Shown here: piece by piece, positions 11,595 to 23,022 of the stretch
Numbering within the stretch: position 1 is the stretch's first letter
How the letters are laid out: each line of letters opens with the position of its first letter
Origin: Rhynchopus sp. YZ270_cl-10
Taxonomy: Eukaryota
Direction: 5' to 3'
Length of the DNA stretch: 64,000 nt
NCBI GenBank assembly: GCA_964035575.1
Contig: OZ037833.1
Location: 1,054,001-1,118,000, forward strand
Notes under the pieces: generated by a model
Databases searched by the model: none
What the model saw: only the letters and a program-made list of their open reading frames with translations
What the model was told of the DNA's origin: nothing
Position numbers and translations under genes: made by a program

Positions 11595-14500
11595 CTACTG
11601 CATGCCCTCAGCCTCGTCCAGAGAGATGTCCTCCTCATCCTCCTCTTCCTCTTCGTCATCGTCCGCAGCTTCACCGTGCTTGTCTTTGAAGAAGACCTGT
11701 GTAGGGATGATGTGGTAATGGTGGCAGTATTGTGATGGGAGCCCATTGGAATACGCAAAATACATCACAGTACATCACAATACATCACAATACATCACAA
11801 TACATCACAATACATCACAATACATCACAATACATCACAATACATCACAATACATCACAATACATCACAATACATCACAATACATCACAATACATCACAA
11901 TACATCACAATACATCACAATACATCACAATACATCACAATACATCACAATACATCACAATACATCACAATACACGTGTAGTGCATAGTGTAACCACCCT
12001 AGAGTGTGCTCCACTATACTAAACATTATTACGTCACCGCAGACGAGCTTTTTTTGATAAATTGTTGCATGTAGTGTAGTTGCCTCGGGTTGTGTTGCCA
12101 CATTTGTAGTACTTTGTAAGTTAAGAGGTGCGTTATCTACGTAGTCCGATAAGAGGCTGGGTGGGATCCACAATCCAGGAGCAAAACGAAGAAAAAGTTT
12201 ATAAGATGAACCTAAGCCTCTCTGTGCTTAGCCACCTTGAAAAAGCCACAGTTTTTGTGCAAATCTCCACTTTCCACAAGGTTGTGTCCAGACGAGCTTC
12301 CACCATGGGATCAACAAAAATGTTCCCTTCTTTTTTTGAAAACTTGGTTGTATTAGTGTAGCCACCCTAGAGTGTGCTCTATTTTTTTGGTGCTCGTAAT
12401 CTAATCAAAAAACTAATGTCCATACCTGTGCGCTCTTGAAGGAGAAGGCGACCAACTCGTATTCCTTCATCCTCTGCTTGATGCGGTTTGCGGTCAGGTT
12501 CAGCGTGCTAAGTTCTCCCTGAAGCGAAGAGGAAAGAGATGAAAGTGTAGCAAAAAAAAGAGAGAGAAAAATGTTCGGGTGCTCATTACTCTTTTGCTTG
12601 TTGCTCAAAAGACTACAAAACGGGGAGAGGAAAAAATAAGGTTGCTGTCCACGGCTTTTCCCACAACAACGCGAAGTTGGGTGCAAACCCCTAGCCAAAA
12701 GCTGATGCAGGCAACTCCACGGGTTATCGAGCCGCGGAGGACTGCACCGTGGGTTGATTCCTCCTCTCCCCTCCCCTCCCCCTTGAAAGTGAAGTTATTA
12801 ATGCAGGCACCTCTGACTGACCTACGTATGATGCCAGCCATCCGGATGAAAGCACAATTGAAAAACTTGCTACTACAAAAAGGCACATACCTGCTGTTCC
12901 CCTGTGGTGACCTTCTGCTCCTTCTTCATTTGCGCAAGCTCGTTGGCGTCTGACACCTTCTTCTCCACATTCTTCATCTCCGTGAGGTAGTACTCGTGGA
13001 CACTTTGGAACCAGTGGAGAGAGTCGAACTTTGTGTTGAGGCCCAGCACCTTGAGGATGAACATGACACCGAGGGCGAAGCCGTCGTCGGAGAAGGAGCA
13101 TTCACGGCCCTTCTTGGAGAGGCCGTCTTTGTTCGCAATGATATGGTCGACGAAGGAGACCGTCAACGGCGGCACAATCGCGTAGAACGTCTGCAGATGC
13201 TTGTCCTCGTCGTTGTCGGAGTTGAGCTGCCCTGTCTTGAACACTTCCTCAAGGAGCTTGAAGTAGTCGCTCCCCTCGGAGAACTTCTTCGCCTGTCCAC
13301 GCAGCACGTCGTCCAGGTTCTCTGCTGCCTGCTTTGTGGTCTCGGGGAGCTCCCCGTCGACCTCTTCATCGCTGTCGTCGGGGTTCTGGCGGAAGTTGCT
13401 GTCCTCCAGAAGCGGTGCAAACGCAGGGATCTCCTCCAGAGAGGGTACAAAGTCAATCATCCCGCTAATAGCCCGCATCCCACCAGTGCGCACCATGCGC
13501 ACGTACCCCAGCCCATTCCCAATCTCCGTCACCAGCCTTCTAAACTGGTCCAAATAGCTGGCGCCCCCCTCCAGCCCCCACCGCCGGATGTCCTTGACAA
13601 ACTTCTCAGCCCGCTTCATCGAGTAGCAGCTGTTCAGCGCCTCCTTGTTGTCGTGGAACCATTTGATGTCTTTGATCAAGCGAGACTGTCGAGGGAGGTT
13701 GGGGGTTTAAAATGGAGCGTCTTGTGCAAGAGAGATGCAAAAGAGAAGCAGGCATTGGCAAGTCTCACCAGAAAAGTGGAAGTGGAAAAAAAAAAAAGTT
13801 GCCTTGAAATACAGCCAACAGTGTACCTTTGGTACAATGACCGGATGTACCGGGGGGGTGGGCCCCAACTATGCAAATAAAATGAATTTTATGAGATGAA
13901 CCTAAGCCTGTCGTGTTTAGTCACCTTAGGTACATTGGTTATCGAATGTTTTTTTTTTTTTGGGGAAAAAAAAAATGCAAAATTTTCAGAACGTACCTTG
14001 ACATGGTCATCGTAGAGGAACTGCGAGAAGAACCCAAACTTCTTTGAAAGGAACCTGAAGACGAAGTTGACTGTTGTGTTCATCATTCCTGTACCGTGGG
14101 TTCGGATGCTGTTCGCCACGTGGCGGATGTGCACGGACTGGATATGCTTGGATTCCGTTGTGCTGGGACGCTCCACGAAGATCTGGTTGTTGATATTGTA
14201 GGAGTACCTCGTCACGAAGATGTGGATAGACCGCGTAATCTCTAGGATGTCGAGACCCTGGTCGAGGATCTGCCCTGGGAGATGCGCCTCTGTGAGGGTC
14301 ATGTTGTACTTCTCCTTCGCGAGGGCACGCATCTCCTCGTATGTCTTCCAGTCGTGCGGCTGCAGGGCCGTCATGTTGTAGAACTGCCGTTCCAGGTAGT
14401 TTTGAACGTAGTCCCTCAGGTTGATGCGTTTTCCGAAGAGGCGGAGACGAGGTGAGTTGAGGAGATGTTGGTAGTCTTTGTGGGAGTCTTCACGGAGCTC

Positions 14501-16615
14501 GTGGCGTCCTTGGCCGAGGACAACGGAGTGGATGTTCAGACGTAGAGTGTTTTCAATGAATCTGCAGAGCGGGTCAATGATTTTGTCGGAGAACTGTTGT
14601 TCCACTTCGTCTTGGTAACTTTTGAAGAGCATCTTCTTGTCTTGCAGATGGCTGGCGCAGAGGAGGATGCGTGCAGGGTCGTGCAGGGCGGCGAAGATGA
14701 AGACCATAGAGGAGGACATCGCAGGGCGTTTGAAGATGCTCTCGAAGTATTTCGGCAGAATCGCGCGCTGCCAGTAGAAGAAGGAGCAGTCGCACGCAGA
14801 GTCGAGAAGGGATTGCCAGTTTGTGAGCACCTCCAGCTTCTTCAGGTATGCCTTCATTGTGTCGAAGTCCTCTGCCTTCACGTATCCCCCGGTCTTGCAG
14901 GTCACAACGTTCAGTGCATTGTTCAAAACGATCAAAGAGGAGCGCGTTGGTGATCCATACAGAATGCGCTGCATCAGCTCAATGGCGGACATCTGGTCGA
15001 TCTGGCATTCGTCTAGCTTTGCTTGGTGTTCCTTTAGCTTTCTTTTGAATGGTACAACCCGGAGGGTCAGCTGGTACGCAATGTATTCACACATGACAGG
15101 CATCAAATTGCCCAGCTCCGCAGACTTTCTGTGGAACGTCAAACGAATGCTCTTCAGCAGTTCAATACATCTGCAGAGAAGCAGGATTTTCTTTACATTC
15201 AACGGCACCTCGAGCTGGACGTGCAGACTCAACACCGTCTTCACCATCGTTGATATCTCAGTTGCGGAATGAATGCCACGGGAGATCATATAATGTTTAT
15301 GCGACAGAAGGTCCTCTGTCTTCACGGGAAGCGCCTTCGACTCGAACCTCGCAGACCATGCCATAACGTCCTGCACCTGCTTGTTGACCGCCGCCTCCAG
15401 CTGTGCTTCGTTGTATAGAATGCTTTGGCAGGCCGCTCTGTGATCCTTAGAAGGGTCTCTTGTAAGCGAATTGGCCATTTCATTGACACGCCGTCCCAAC
15501 CACTCTGCGGGAGCAAAGGTAATGTTGCCGGTCAAATGGATAATGGGAACGGTTTTGTGGATGTCGAAAAGGCCTTTGAAGTATTTCTTGTCGTCTGCAC
15601 GGTCGCGCACTTTATCTCTGAAGAAGAAGTAGTACATCACGTACAACCCGCAGAGGCCGACGTATTGCCCGCGACGGTCGATTTCGGAGGGGACTTCGGT
15701 GGAGCGCTTCACGTTGCCGAGGATCTCGCGGAGTTGGTAGTCGAATTCGTGCATGAAGGTGAGGTTGTCCCGGATGGAGACACCCATGGCAGGATCTTCG
15801 AAGGTGTTGTCCTCAATGCAACGGAGGAAGATCAGTTCGTCAAGCAGGTCGGTCTCAAGCTTGTCGAGGAGAATGCCGAATTTCTTGGCAGTGGCAGCAT
15901 CTGTGTCGTATTTTTCGGGTTGGTTGCGTGCGTTCTTCATCATTCTCTTGAAGACAGTGGCCGACCGATGAAAGGCATCATTCTGTGCAATCGTTTGGTC
16001 CAACGTAATCAGCACCGTCATAATGTCAAGAAGCGCCATCCAAACATGAGTTAAATGGGTGTTCTGATACGCAGCCAGCCCCTTTCTGTCACCACGTTTC
16101 CGCTTCTTGTCGCTGTACAGCGAGGCAAGCTGGCGGACGATGTTGGACACCACCTTGTAGGAACGGTCGCAAAAGGTCCATAGATCCAAGAACAGAGGCA
16201 GCATTCTCCCGAACGCAAGCATCTCCGACTCTTCATCAGTGGAGTCGGGATGTTCGCCGAACACTGCCAAGGCTGGGATCAAACGAGAGTTTGCCTCATC
16301 AACAAGATCACCTACCTCAGCCACCAGCGAGGATGCGACCAGCATGACTTTGTAGAAGAGCGGGTCCTCCTTGGCCTTCTGCCCAAGCGCCTCCTCGAGG
16401 GTGTACTTCGCGTCTGGTGCGAAGTTCAGTACAATGGGGTCGGTGATGTCCCACACCTCACCAAAGGATTCGTCCAGGTCGCGCACGGCAGTCTCTAGGT
16501 TGTCGCCGTATTCACGCACAAAGGCACGGAACTTATCGTAGACGACATCCTGAGGGAGTTTGTCGGGCTGGTCGCGGAAGGTGTCAAACACAAACTCCTC
16601 TGTTGCGTCGGCCAT
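11595..16615 (-). CDS. WASHC4: WASH complex subunit 4 (SWIP/KIAA1033), 4 exons (16615-13997, 13685-12891, 12518-12426, 11696-11595), about 1202 aa
   Basis: Motifs QGLDILEITRSIHIFV, IRHVANSIRTHGTGMMNTTVNF, FSQFLYDDHVK|SRLIKD, SYLDQFRRLVTEIGNGLGYVRM, FSDDGFALG and FDSLHWF are characteristic of WASHC4. Three phase-0 GT..AG introns restore one frame. Confidence 0.93.
11761..11973. repeat. (TACATCACAA)n 10-bp tandem array, about 21 copies, in WASHC4 intron 3
   Basis: Read directly from the sequence. Confidence 0.97.
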
Positions 16616-16811
16616 AGTAGTGTGTGTTGTGTTGTGTTGGGGAGTTCTTCTTCCCCAGCTCTGTGGTGGTGGTGGTGGGTGGTACTGTAGATAAGTAGGT
16701 AGAGTTGCAATACAAAGCCCTCTCGTGAACAGTCTACCTTTTGTGCAGTGACCGAGGTGTACCGGGGAGGGTGGACAACCCAACCATGCAGTACATCCAT
16801 TTCGTGGTTTA

Positions 16812-16928
16812 CAGTAGGACAAGAAACTTGGCGACCAAAAAAATTGGCGACCAAATAATATTGGCGGATTTTGGGGGTTTTCTTGTATTTGGCGACTTTT
16901 TTGGTCGCCAATATTACTCGTCCTACTG
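16812..16928. mobile_element. Tc1/mariner-type MITE
   Basis: TA|CAGTAGGAC...TTGGCGACCAAAAAA / TTTTTTGGTCGCCAA...GTCCTACTG|TA. Confidence 0.8.
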
Positions 16929-17200
16929 TATATGATATGTGCCACTCCCGCTTCCACTCAGATAAATGAAAGGATCATTGCAAAACACAGGGGACGCGAA
17001 TAGCGTCCTCTACCCGTTTTCGCAGTGTGGGAGAGGCTGTAGTAAGTAATAGTTTTCCTCTGATAAGGTCGACAATCAGTTGAGCAATCAACAAAAAAAC
17101 CTTCTTTTTTTAGCTTCCCAATCAGAGATACTATGTTGTTCCGGGTCCCAAAGCCTCTCTCCAAATACATAGGAAAAGGAGGAGGAACGAACCCCTCTTC

Positions 17201-18193
17201 TCACTCCTCATCTTCATCCTCACTCACCTCTTCCCCTTTTGCTATCAACGCCATTCTCCATGCAGCTTCTAATAGGTAGAAATTCGTGCTATACTGTATG
17301 TCATACCAATAGTTCACAGCTATTGTTAGGTTGTCGTCATTGCCATATTGCCCAACCTCATGGAACCAGAGGGACGGGAGGTAGAGGGTTTCCCCTGCAC
17401 GCACTTCGATGCGTAGTGGGTTTGCCGAGCCCCATGCAGGGTGCTCCTCCGCTGCAGTCTCACTGTTAGGGTCCAAACCTACCCAGCGTACTGTTGTGTC
17501 CAGACGGTCTACTTCCCAAACCCCTTCACCTTCCCCACCACGTCTCCATACACCTTCCGCCTGAGGTGTGTAAGGAATCAACGACGCCTCCCACGGTGCC
17601 ACCAACGTGAATTTCTTGGTGCCTCGGATGACTGAATAAAGGTTTTCATAGTGATCGCGGTGCATTGAGGAAACAGTGGTGTCACCTCCCATCCAAAAGT
17701 TCGCAGCATCTGTAGGGCATCCAAACACCTCTTCCCCAAACGCGCGTACATTGTCGTGCACATCACGGTGTAATGGAGTGTACTCCTCCGCAAAGCTGTT
17801 GTTCTGCTTCTGTGCGTACAATACTGTGTCTGAAGACGGAGAGGTTAGGGCGTCTGCAAAGGTTGTGAACGGCATGGTACGTTCTTCAGGTCGCATGAAG
17901 CGAAGCTCTCCAGGAGAAACCTCGGTTAAAGCATCGGCACGGCCATTAGGTGTGGCGGCAACGGTGACGGGAGTGTCTTGCATGCGTTGCTTCAGAAGGT
18001 CTGCATCCCAAAGGTGGAATGCTGGCCACGATTCAAGCGCGCCAGTGATGATGCAGGGCTTGCGTGGGGCAACGTATTCACGGTAAAAAGCTAAGGGGGT
18101 GATGTCCTCAGCAGCTATGCGGGGTACTCCGAAGACCTTTGCATCACGTTGCAAACGACGGAGAAGGTCTTGTGAGACGTCTGAGGCAGTCAT
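17201..18193 (-). CDS. JMJD7: JmjC-domain 2-oxoglutarate oxygenase, JMJD7-like, about 330 aa, intronless
   Basis: Motifs FYREYVAPRKPCIITG, VAATPNGRADA, YAQKQN, NFWMG, HRDHYENLY (HxD), GETLYLPSLWFHEV and IAVNYWYD. Start taken as the first in-frame ATG. Confidence 0.88.
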   Translation of the reverse strand: MTASDVSQDLLRRLQRDAKVFGVPRIAAEDITPLAFYREYVAPRKPCIITGALESWPAFHLWDADLLKQRMQDTPVTVAATPNGRADALTEVSPGELRFMRPEERTMPFTTFADALTSPSSDTVLYAQKQNNSFAEEYTPLHRDVHDNVRAFGEEVFGCPTDAANFWMGGDTTVSSMHRDHYENLYSVIRGTKKFTLVAPWEASLIPYTPQAEGVWRRGGEGEGVWEVDRLDTTVRWVGLDPNSETAAEEHPAWGSANPLRIEVRAGETLYLPSLWFHEVGQYGNDDNLTIAVNYWYDIQYSTNFYLLEAAWRMALIAKGEEVSEDEDEE

Positions 18194-18760
18194 CGCATTT
18201 AGTGTGTCTAGGTTTTCTGGGGGGGTAACGTTGTGCTGTGATGGGGGGTGTACAGTGGAACTGAACCGTGAAGTGTGGGGAAAATGAAGTTCGTGTGACA
18301 AATTTCTGTGGGGGGGGAGAGGTTCTCATTAGACTAGAGGATTAGGTCGATGTACTTTCGGGAAAGTTATTTTTGGAGGAAAAAATAATATACTCGCTCT
18401 CTGGAAAGAGAGAGGCGGTTTTTAAAAGGGGGGTGATGGGCGATGGAGGGGAAACAAAGAGAAGTTGGAAGTGCAAACACCTCACCGTTCATTGAACAAA
18501 TCTTGGGCATAATATAAGATATGTGCCTCTCTAAGCTTGGACTATGACAGTGTGCCTTGGTACAATGGGTTTGTACCGGGGTGGACACCCAAACCATGCA
18601 GTCCTACAATCCATTTCGTGGTTTACATCTAATAAACAGAAATAATTTTTGGGGCCTTGAAAAGAAGAATGAATCTGTTTGCAATGGTGACATCAAGGGG
18701 GATTAGGGGAGCAGGGACTGGAAAAAAAAATGTAAATTTTGATTTGAAATGAACATCTTA

Positions 18761-18827
18761 TGGTGTTCCGGAAACACCTGTCAAGGACATGTCAAGGACA
18801 TGTCAATATAGACCCTCCGGAACACCA
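18761..18827. mobile_element. Small TGGTGT-TIR element
   Basis: 12-bp TIR TGGTGTTCCGGA / TCCGGAACACCA; internal tandem TGTCAAGGACA; flanks ATCTTA and GTCTTA. Confidence 0.65.
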
Positions 18828-18918
18828 GTCTTATGAAAAAAGGAGTTTCTTCTCTCCATGCTGAGAAAGAAATGTTTCTCAGCTCTTCAAATCCTGCTTT
18901 TTACAAACATCCCTTTTT

Positions 18919-21900
18919 TTACTCCCCCTTCTTTGCCAGCACCACCTTCATTTCTGGGTGTGCTTCTATGTGGCCTAGAAGGCGGGACACCTTCTCGGCC
19001 AGCTCGTCTTCATAACTACAGTTCACTACCTCTTGGGGTGAGGGGATGGGCTGACTCGGTGTTGTGTAGGCGAGGCAGGCTATGATGCCGAGGGCTCCCG
19101 TAAACTCATGATAGAGCAACGGGAGGGTGCTGAACGCAAGCAGCCAGGTGTCTGTTACCAATGAGTCGGCTATGGCAGGGGGGAACCAGGTTGGGTCGGT
19201 TTTGATCTCATCTCTGGCGACAAGACGGTCGCGGAGGATAGGGTCCACCTTGATTGTACTTTCTGCGACAGCAGTGCTCGATGCTGACACCCCAAGCAGA
19301 CGTCTTTGCTCTTCCTCATACTCCGGCGGTGTGGCCAATGAGGTGCACCGTGCTGCTATGACCACCTCCTCCGCCACCTCCTTTTGCCTTGCCGCCATCT
19401 CTCCTCTGGTGCGAAGCTGGCATTGCGCATCCGGATCAACCCCAAGCAGAGACCACAACACGGTGCGTATGATACAGGTCGCGCTTTGGGGAAGCAGTGG
19501 AGTAGATGGGGGGCGCAGTTCAGCAAGCAAACCCTTTTTCACCTCCTTCGCATAAGACTTATTGGCCTCTGAGGTGTTCGAGGCGAGGATCGTATTGCAC
19601 ACTAATGTAGCCACCTTTTCTGCGGTGTTTGGAGCGGTTTCTAATGGGGCTGCAGAGTGCACGTCAAAGTCACGTAACAGACGTAGAAGGTCACGCAGTT
19701 GCATCGCTCCATCTTGCGCATATAAAGCGAACAAAGTTAACAACGTCCCCGAATGTGCCGCAACCACCTCCACCACAGGGCGGCTCAACAACAGAATCCG
19801 CAGTGGCACACCATGTAACGGCAACCGATGAGGCATCTCCAATGTCTTCAGCAGTGCCTTGGCGCGGTTAGCCTCGGAGGGTGTGATCCGTTCGCGCACA
19901 TCACTGCTTTTGTGGCGTGTCTGGTACTGGTGTTCTTCTATCGTATCAAGGCAGGCCTGTTGTTGCTGTACCGCTCTGCAGTACTTTCCGTCCAACACCG
20001 ATTCTTGTTCATGTTGCAGGCCAGAACGGAGTCCAAGGCATACACAGTCGTGGCAGGGGAGTGGTGTCGTGCTGCTGCGGTACGATTCGACGTAGACCGT
20101 GACCGGGGCCTCTCCTGGTTCAGATGTGACGGTGGTGGAGGTGACTGTTGCGACCATGTGTTTCTCGTGGAGGCAGGTCTGGGCCTTATCCGCAACGGTG
20201 ACAGCAGAGACTGCGGCAGGCAGTGGGGGTTTCTGTGGGGTCGGCTTTGCCTTGAGTGTGTCGCGTTTGTCGTCGGAGGAGGGGATGACCGTGACCTCAT
20301 CGGATATGCTGAAGGACTCTTGGCTGCCCTCGCTGGAGTCGTGGCAGCTGAGGCTTGGGGAGACGGGTGTGCTGTCGTCCTTGATGAGCTCGACGTTGAG
20401 CGGGCGTGTTGTGCCTGCAAAGGTGATGTCTGTTGTGCAGTTCAACTTCTTCGCCCCGGTGCGTTTCAGTGCAAGCTCCGCCTGCTTAGGGCTTTTGTGC
20501 GAAAGGTTTGCGCACGGCTGAGGTGTGCACCTAGGCAAACACAAAGCAGGCCCAACAGACGACGTCGCAGCATTGTTAATCGCTTCCACCAACGGCGTCA
20601 GAAACTCTGTGAACAGCCAGTTCACACGGTCGCAGAGGGTCAACCCTTTCGCGACATTTGCGTATGCATGGCCACTGGTGTGCTTTGCCTTGACATGAGC
20701 AATGCGGACCAAACACTGCAACATCGTTGGAAACAGAATTGTCAGTTGTGGGTCATCTGGGTCGTCCCTCTGCTGCGCCCTGACGCGCGCGACCAATCCA
20801 TTTCTCATGTCTTTGGAGACTGCGCTGGAGGGCTCTGATTCGCATGTTGTATTTGCCCGCGACTTTGCGTCTGCAGCGGAGCTTACCCGAGACATGTCTG
20901 TTTGCTTTGTGCGGTTCGACTTTACAGAGCGTACACGGGGGACAGACATCATGGAGACTGTGTCAAATTGTTCGGAGGAGGCTTGCTGGGGTTCCGTGGT
21001 GGGTTCCTTGTCTTCGGGCACATCGTCTAGGCCTTGCAGATCGTCGCGCTCCTGCGGCTGCCGGGCAACCAGCTGCTGTATGATGCGGTTGCACCTATGC
21101 AGGGTCATATCCCCATCAGTCACCTGCGCCTCCCTCAACAACGCCCACAGCTGATGCAGACGCAACCCCGTAGGTGCTTCGTCGTGCAGAGGCGACGGTG
21201 GGGCTGGACGATGTGACTGCAACTTCGGGGGTGCCTGCAAAGGGGCAAACCCCTTCGCAGATCCTTGCTTTGAACCGGGTGTCACAGCGGGGGGAGGAGG
21301 GCCGCTCTCTTCATCTGCACCACCCACCTTGATGGCAATATCGTTCGCACCTTGTGAGACCTCTTGACACGCGGTGTTGAGTTTCCGGATTAACACTTCA
21401 CGTCTGCTGGAGTACCGTGGCGCTGTGGTGTCCTCATTGTTGTGCTCAGCGAGGAAGGCGGCTGGGGTGCGGAAGGCAGCCTCTTCTGCAGAGAGCTGTA
21501 CCTGGTGGAGCTCTGTGGTTGCAGTGAGGCAGGACTGTGCGCCTTCCTCTAGGCAACGTTGTGAGATAAGGCGCTCGAAGCGGAGTCGTCGTGCCTCTTC
21601 TCTTCTTGCGTCGCTTGGTGTCTTTATAAGAATCGAGGCGCCAACCATTGCATAGAATTTGTAAAGCAGCTTCAGCTGCGGGAGGTGGCGCGCCAGAAGG
21701 TCCTTCACTCTACGAAGCTCTACAGCCTTGTCCGCATCGTTGCAGTCCAGAAGCTCTGCAATGCCCAGCCCTAGGGGGTCACCCATCAGAGTGTCGTGCA
21801 CGGTGAGGCCTTGTAGTGGATTCGCTACCTTGGATTCGCCTTGTCTGCGTGGTGCGGTGCCTGCAAAGAGAACGCGTTTTGCTTCAATGACATTTGCTCG

Positions 21901-23022
21901 AAGGGTAAGAAGCTCGACGCATCCGTCGGCATGCATTAACACTCCGGACCCCTCTTTAACATTGTTCTGCCAAATACCTTCAAACACCGTGCCATCTGCA
22001 AGGCAAAGCACCCCTTTTCCATGGCGTTTGCCTTCACGAAACCAGCCTTTATAAAAATTTTCTCCTTGGAACGGTGTTTCGAGGTTCGACATCGAAGTTC
22101 CAACGGAAGTGACGACAGATGCCTGGGCATGGGTTGTGGCGTGGCGGGGGCGGGATTTGCAGAGCCAGGTGTAGGTTCCGTAGCCGTCGGGCTTGCCGTC
22201 GACCCATTCGCCTTCGAATTTTTCAATTCGGCCGGTTTGGGCGTCTTGGGAGATGGAAGAGGTGTTGGCAGGCCCGGTGCTCATTGGAGTGAGTGGGGCT
22301 GCAAAGAGCGCGGAGCACGGTGAGTTTGGGGTGTCCTCTGGTTGCGATGTGGCGAAGGAGGCTGTTGTGTTGTGCTCCGCTGCAAGCGCAAGCATCGCGC
22401 GGGTCTGTAAAGCCGCCGCCGCGTTGGTAGGTGCCCCCGGCAACACCCACTGCATCGCGCCGTATCCAAACATCCGCCCCCCAACCCACTGCCCTTCGTA
22501 CACAGAGCCGCTCGCATACTGCTGTCTCCCCCACCCCTGCTTCACACCCTTCACAAACTCACCTTCATAGAAATGAGTCTCAGCGGTGTTGTAGTACAGC
22601 ACGCCGAGACCGTGCTTCACCCCTCCCCGCCATTCACCAAGGTACCGTAGACCGGATTTGGTGTAGACACCTTTTCCTTCGCGGCGGCCGTTGGAGACTT
22701 CACCTCGGTAGACCCCTCCGTCAGGCCATGTGTAGCATCCGGTTCCCTTCATTTGACTGCCATTGAAGGCGCCGGAGTAGCTAACAGAGTCATGCCAAGT
22801 GAGTTGGCCATGGCCGTGGAGCTTGCCGCGGTGGAGGTCCCCTGTGTATTCGCTTTTGTTGCAGAGAGTGACCGTGCCGGATCCAGAGTAGCGTCCGTCC
22901 TTTACGCCGCAAGTGCTCGAGGTAATGGCATGTGTTGCCATATCAGTGGCCATCCCATCTTCTGGTGACAAATCATCAAGAAGAAGTTGTGAAACAGCCG
23001 CTGCAGAGAATGGGGCCGTCAT
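18919..23022 (-). CDS. MORN-repeat protein, radial spoke head 10 (RSPH10B)-like, about 1367 aa
   Basis: About 9-10 N-terminal MORN repeats (YxGxWxxGxxHGxG). These are followed by LLARHLPQLKLLYKFYA and LHQLWALLREAQV, which resemble the post-MORN region of RSPH10B. Long low-complexity inserts; single ORF. Confidence 0.75.
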   Translation of the reverse strand: MTAPFSAAAVSQLLLDDLSPEDGMATDMATHAITSSTCGVKDGRYSGSGTVTLCNKSEYTGDLHRGKLHGHGQLTWHDSVSYSGAFNGSQMKGTGCYTWPDGGVYRGEVSNGRREGKGVYTKSGLRYLGEWRGGVKHGLGVLYYNTAETHFYEGEFVKGVKQGWGRQQYASGSVYEGQWVGGRMFGYGAMQWVLPGAPTNAAAALQTRAMLALAAEHNTTASFATSQPEDTPNSPCSALFAAPLTPMSTGPANTSSISQDAQTGRIEKFEGEWVDGKPDGYGTYTWLCKSRPRHATTHAQASVVTSVGTSMSNLETPFQGENFYKGWFREGKRHGKGVLCLADGTVFEGIWQNNVKEGSGVLMHADGCVELLTLRANVIEAKRVLFAGTAPRRQGESKVANPLQGLTVHDTLMGDPLGLGIAELLDCNDADKAVELRRVKDLLARHLPQLKLLYKFYAMVGASILIKTPSDARREEARRLRFERLISQRCLEEGAQSCLTATTELHQVQLSAEEAAFRTPAAFLAEHNNEDTTAPRYSSRREVLIRKLNTACQEVSQGANDIAIKVGGADEESGPPPPAVTPGSKQGSAKGFAPLQAPPKLQSHRPAPPSPLHDEAPTGLRLHQLWALLREAQVTDGDMTLHRCNRIIQQLVARQPQERDDLQGLDDVPEDKEPTTEPQQASSEQFDTVSMMSVPRVRSVKSNRTKQTDMSRVSSAADAKSRANTTCESEPSSAVSKDMRNGLVARVRAQQRDDPDDPQLTILFPTMLQCLVRIAHVKAKHTSGHAYANVAKGLTLCDRVNWLFTEFLTPLVEAINNAATSSVGPALCLPRCTPQPCANLSHKSPKQAELALKRTGAKKLNCTTDITFAGTTRPLNVELIKDDSTPVSPSLSCHDSSEGSQESFSISDEVTVIPSSDDKRDTLKAKPTPQKPPLPAAVSAVTVADKAQTCLHEKHMVATVTSTTVTSEPGEAPVTVYVESYRSSTTPLPCHDCVCLGLRSGLQHEQESVLDGKYCRAVQQQQACLDTIEEHQYQTRHKSSDVRERITPSEANRAKALLKTLEMPHRLPLHGVPLRILLLSRPVVEVVAAHSGTLLTLFALYAQDGAMQLRDLLRLLRDFDVHSAAPLETAPNTAEKVATLVCNTILASNTSEANKSYAKEVKKGLLAELRPPSTPLLPQSATCIIRTVLWSLLGVDPDAQCQLRTRGEMAARQKEVAEEVVIAARCTSLATPPEYEEEQRRLLGVSASSTAVAESTIKVDPILRDRLVARDEIKTDPTWFPPAIADSLVTDTWLLAFSTLPLLYHEFTGALGIIACLAYTTPSQPIPSPQEVVNCSYEDELAEKVSRLLGHIEAHPEMKVVLAKKGE

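Noticed and set aside
11732..12022. ORFs with HHNTSQYITI repeats; possible CRISPR-like array
   Set aside because: Simple 10-bp tandem repeat with no spacers, inside an intron.
16616..16957. N-terminal extension of the WASHC4 ORF (likewise the non-ATG extensions of JMJD7, the MORN protein and the 35465 ORF)
   Set aside because: These run through MITE, repeat or low-complexity sequence; downstream ATGs fit better.
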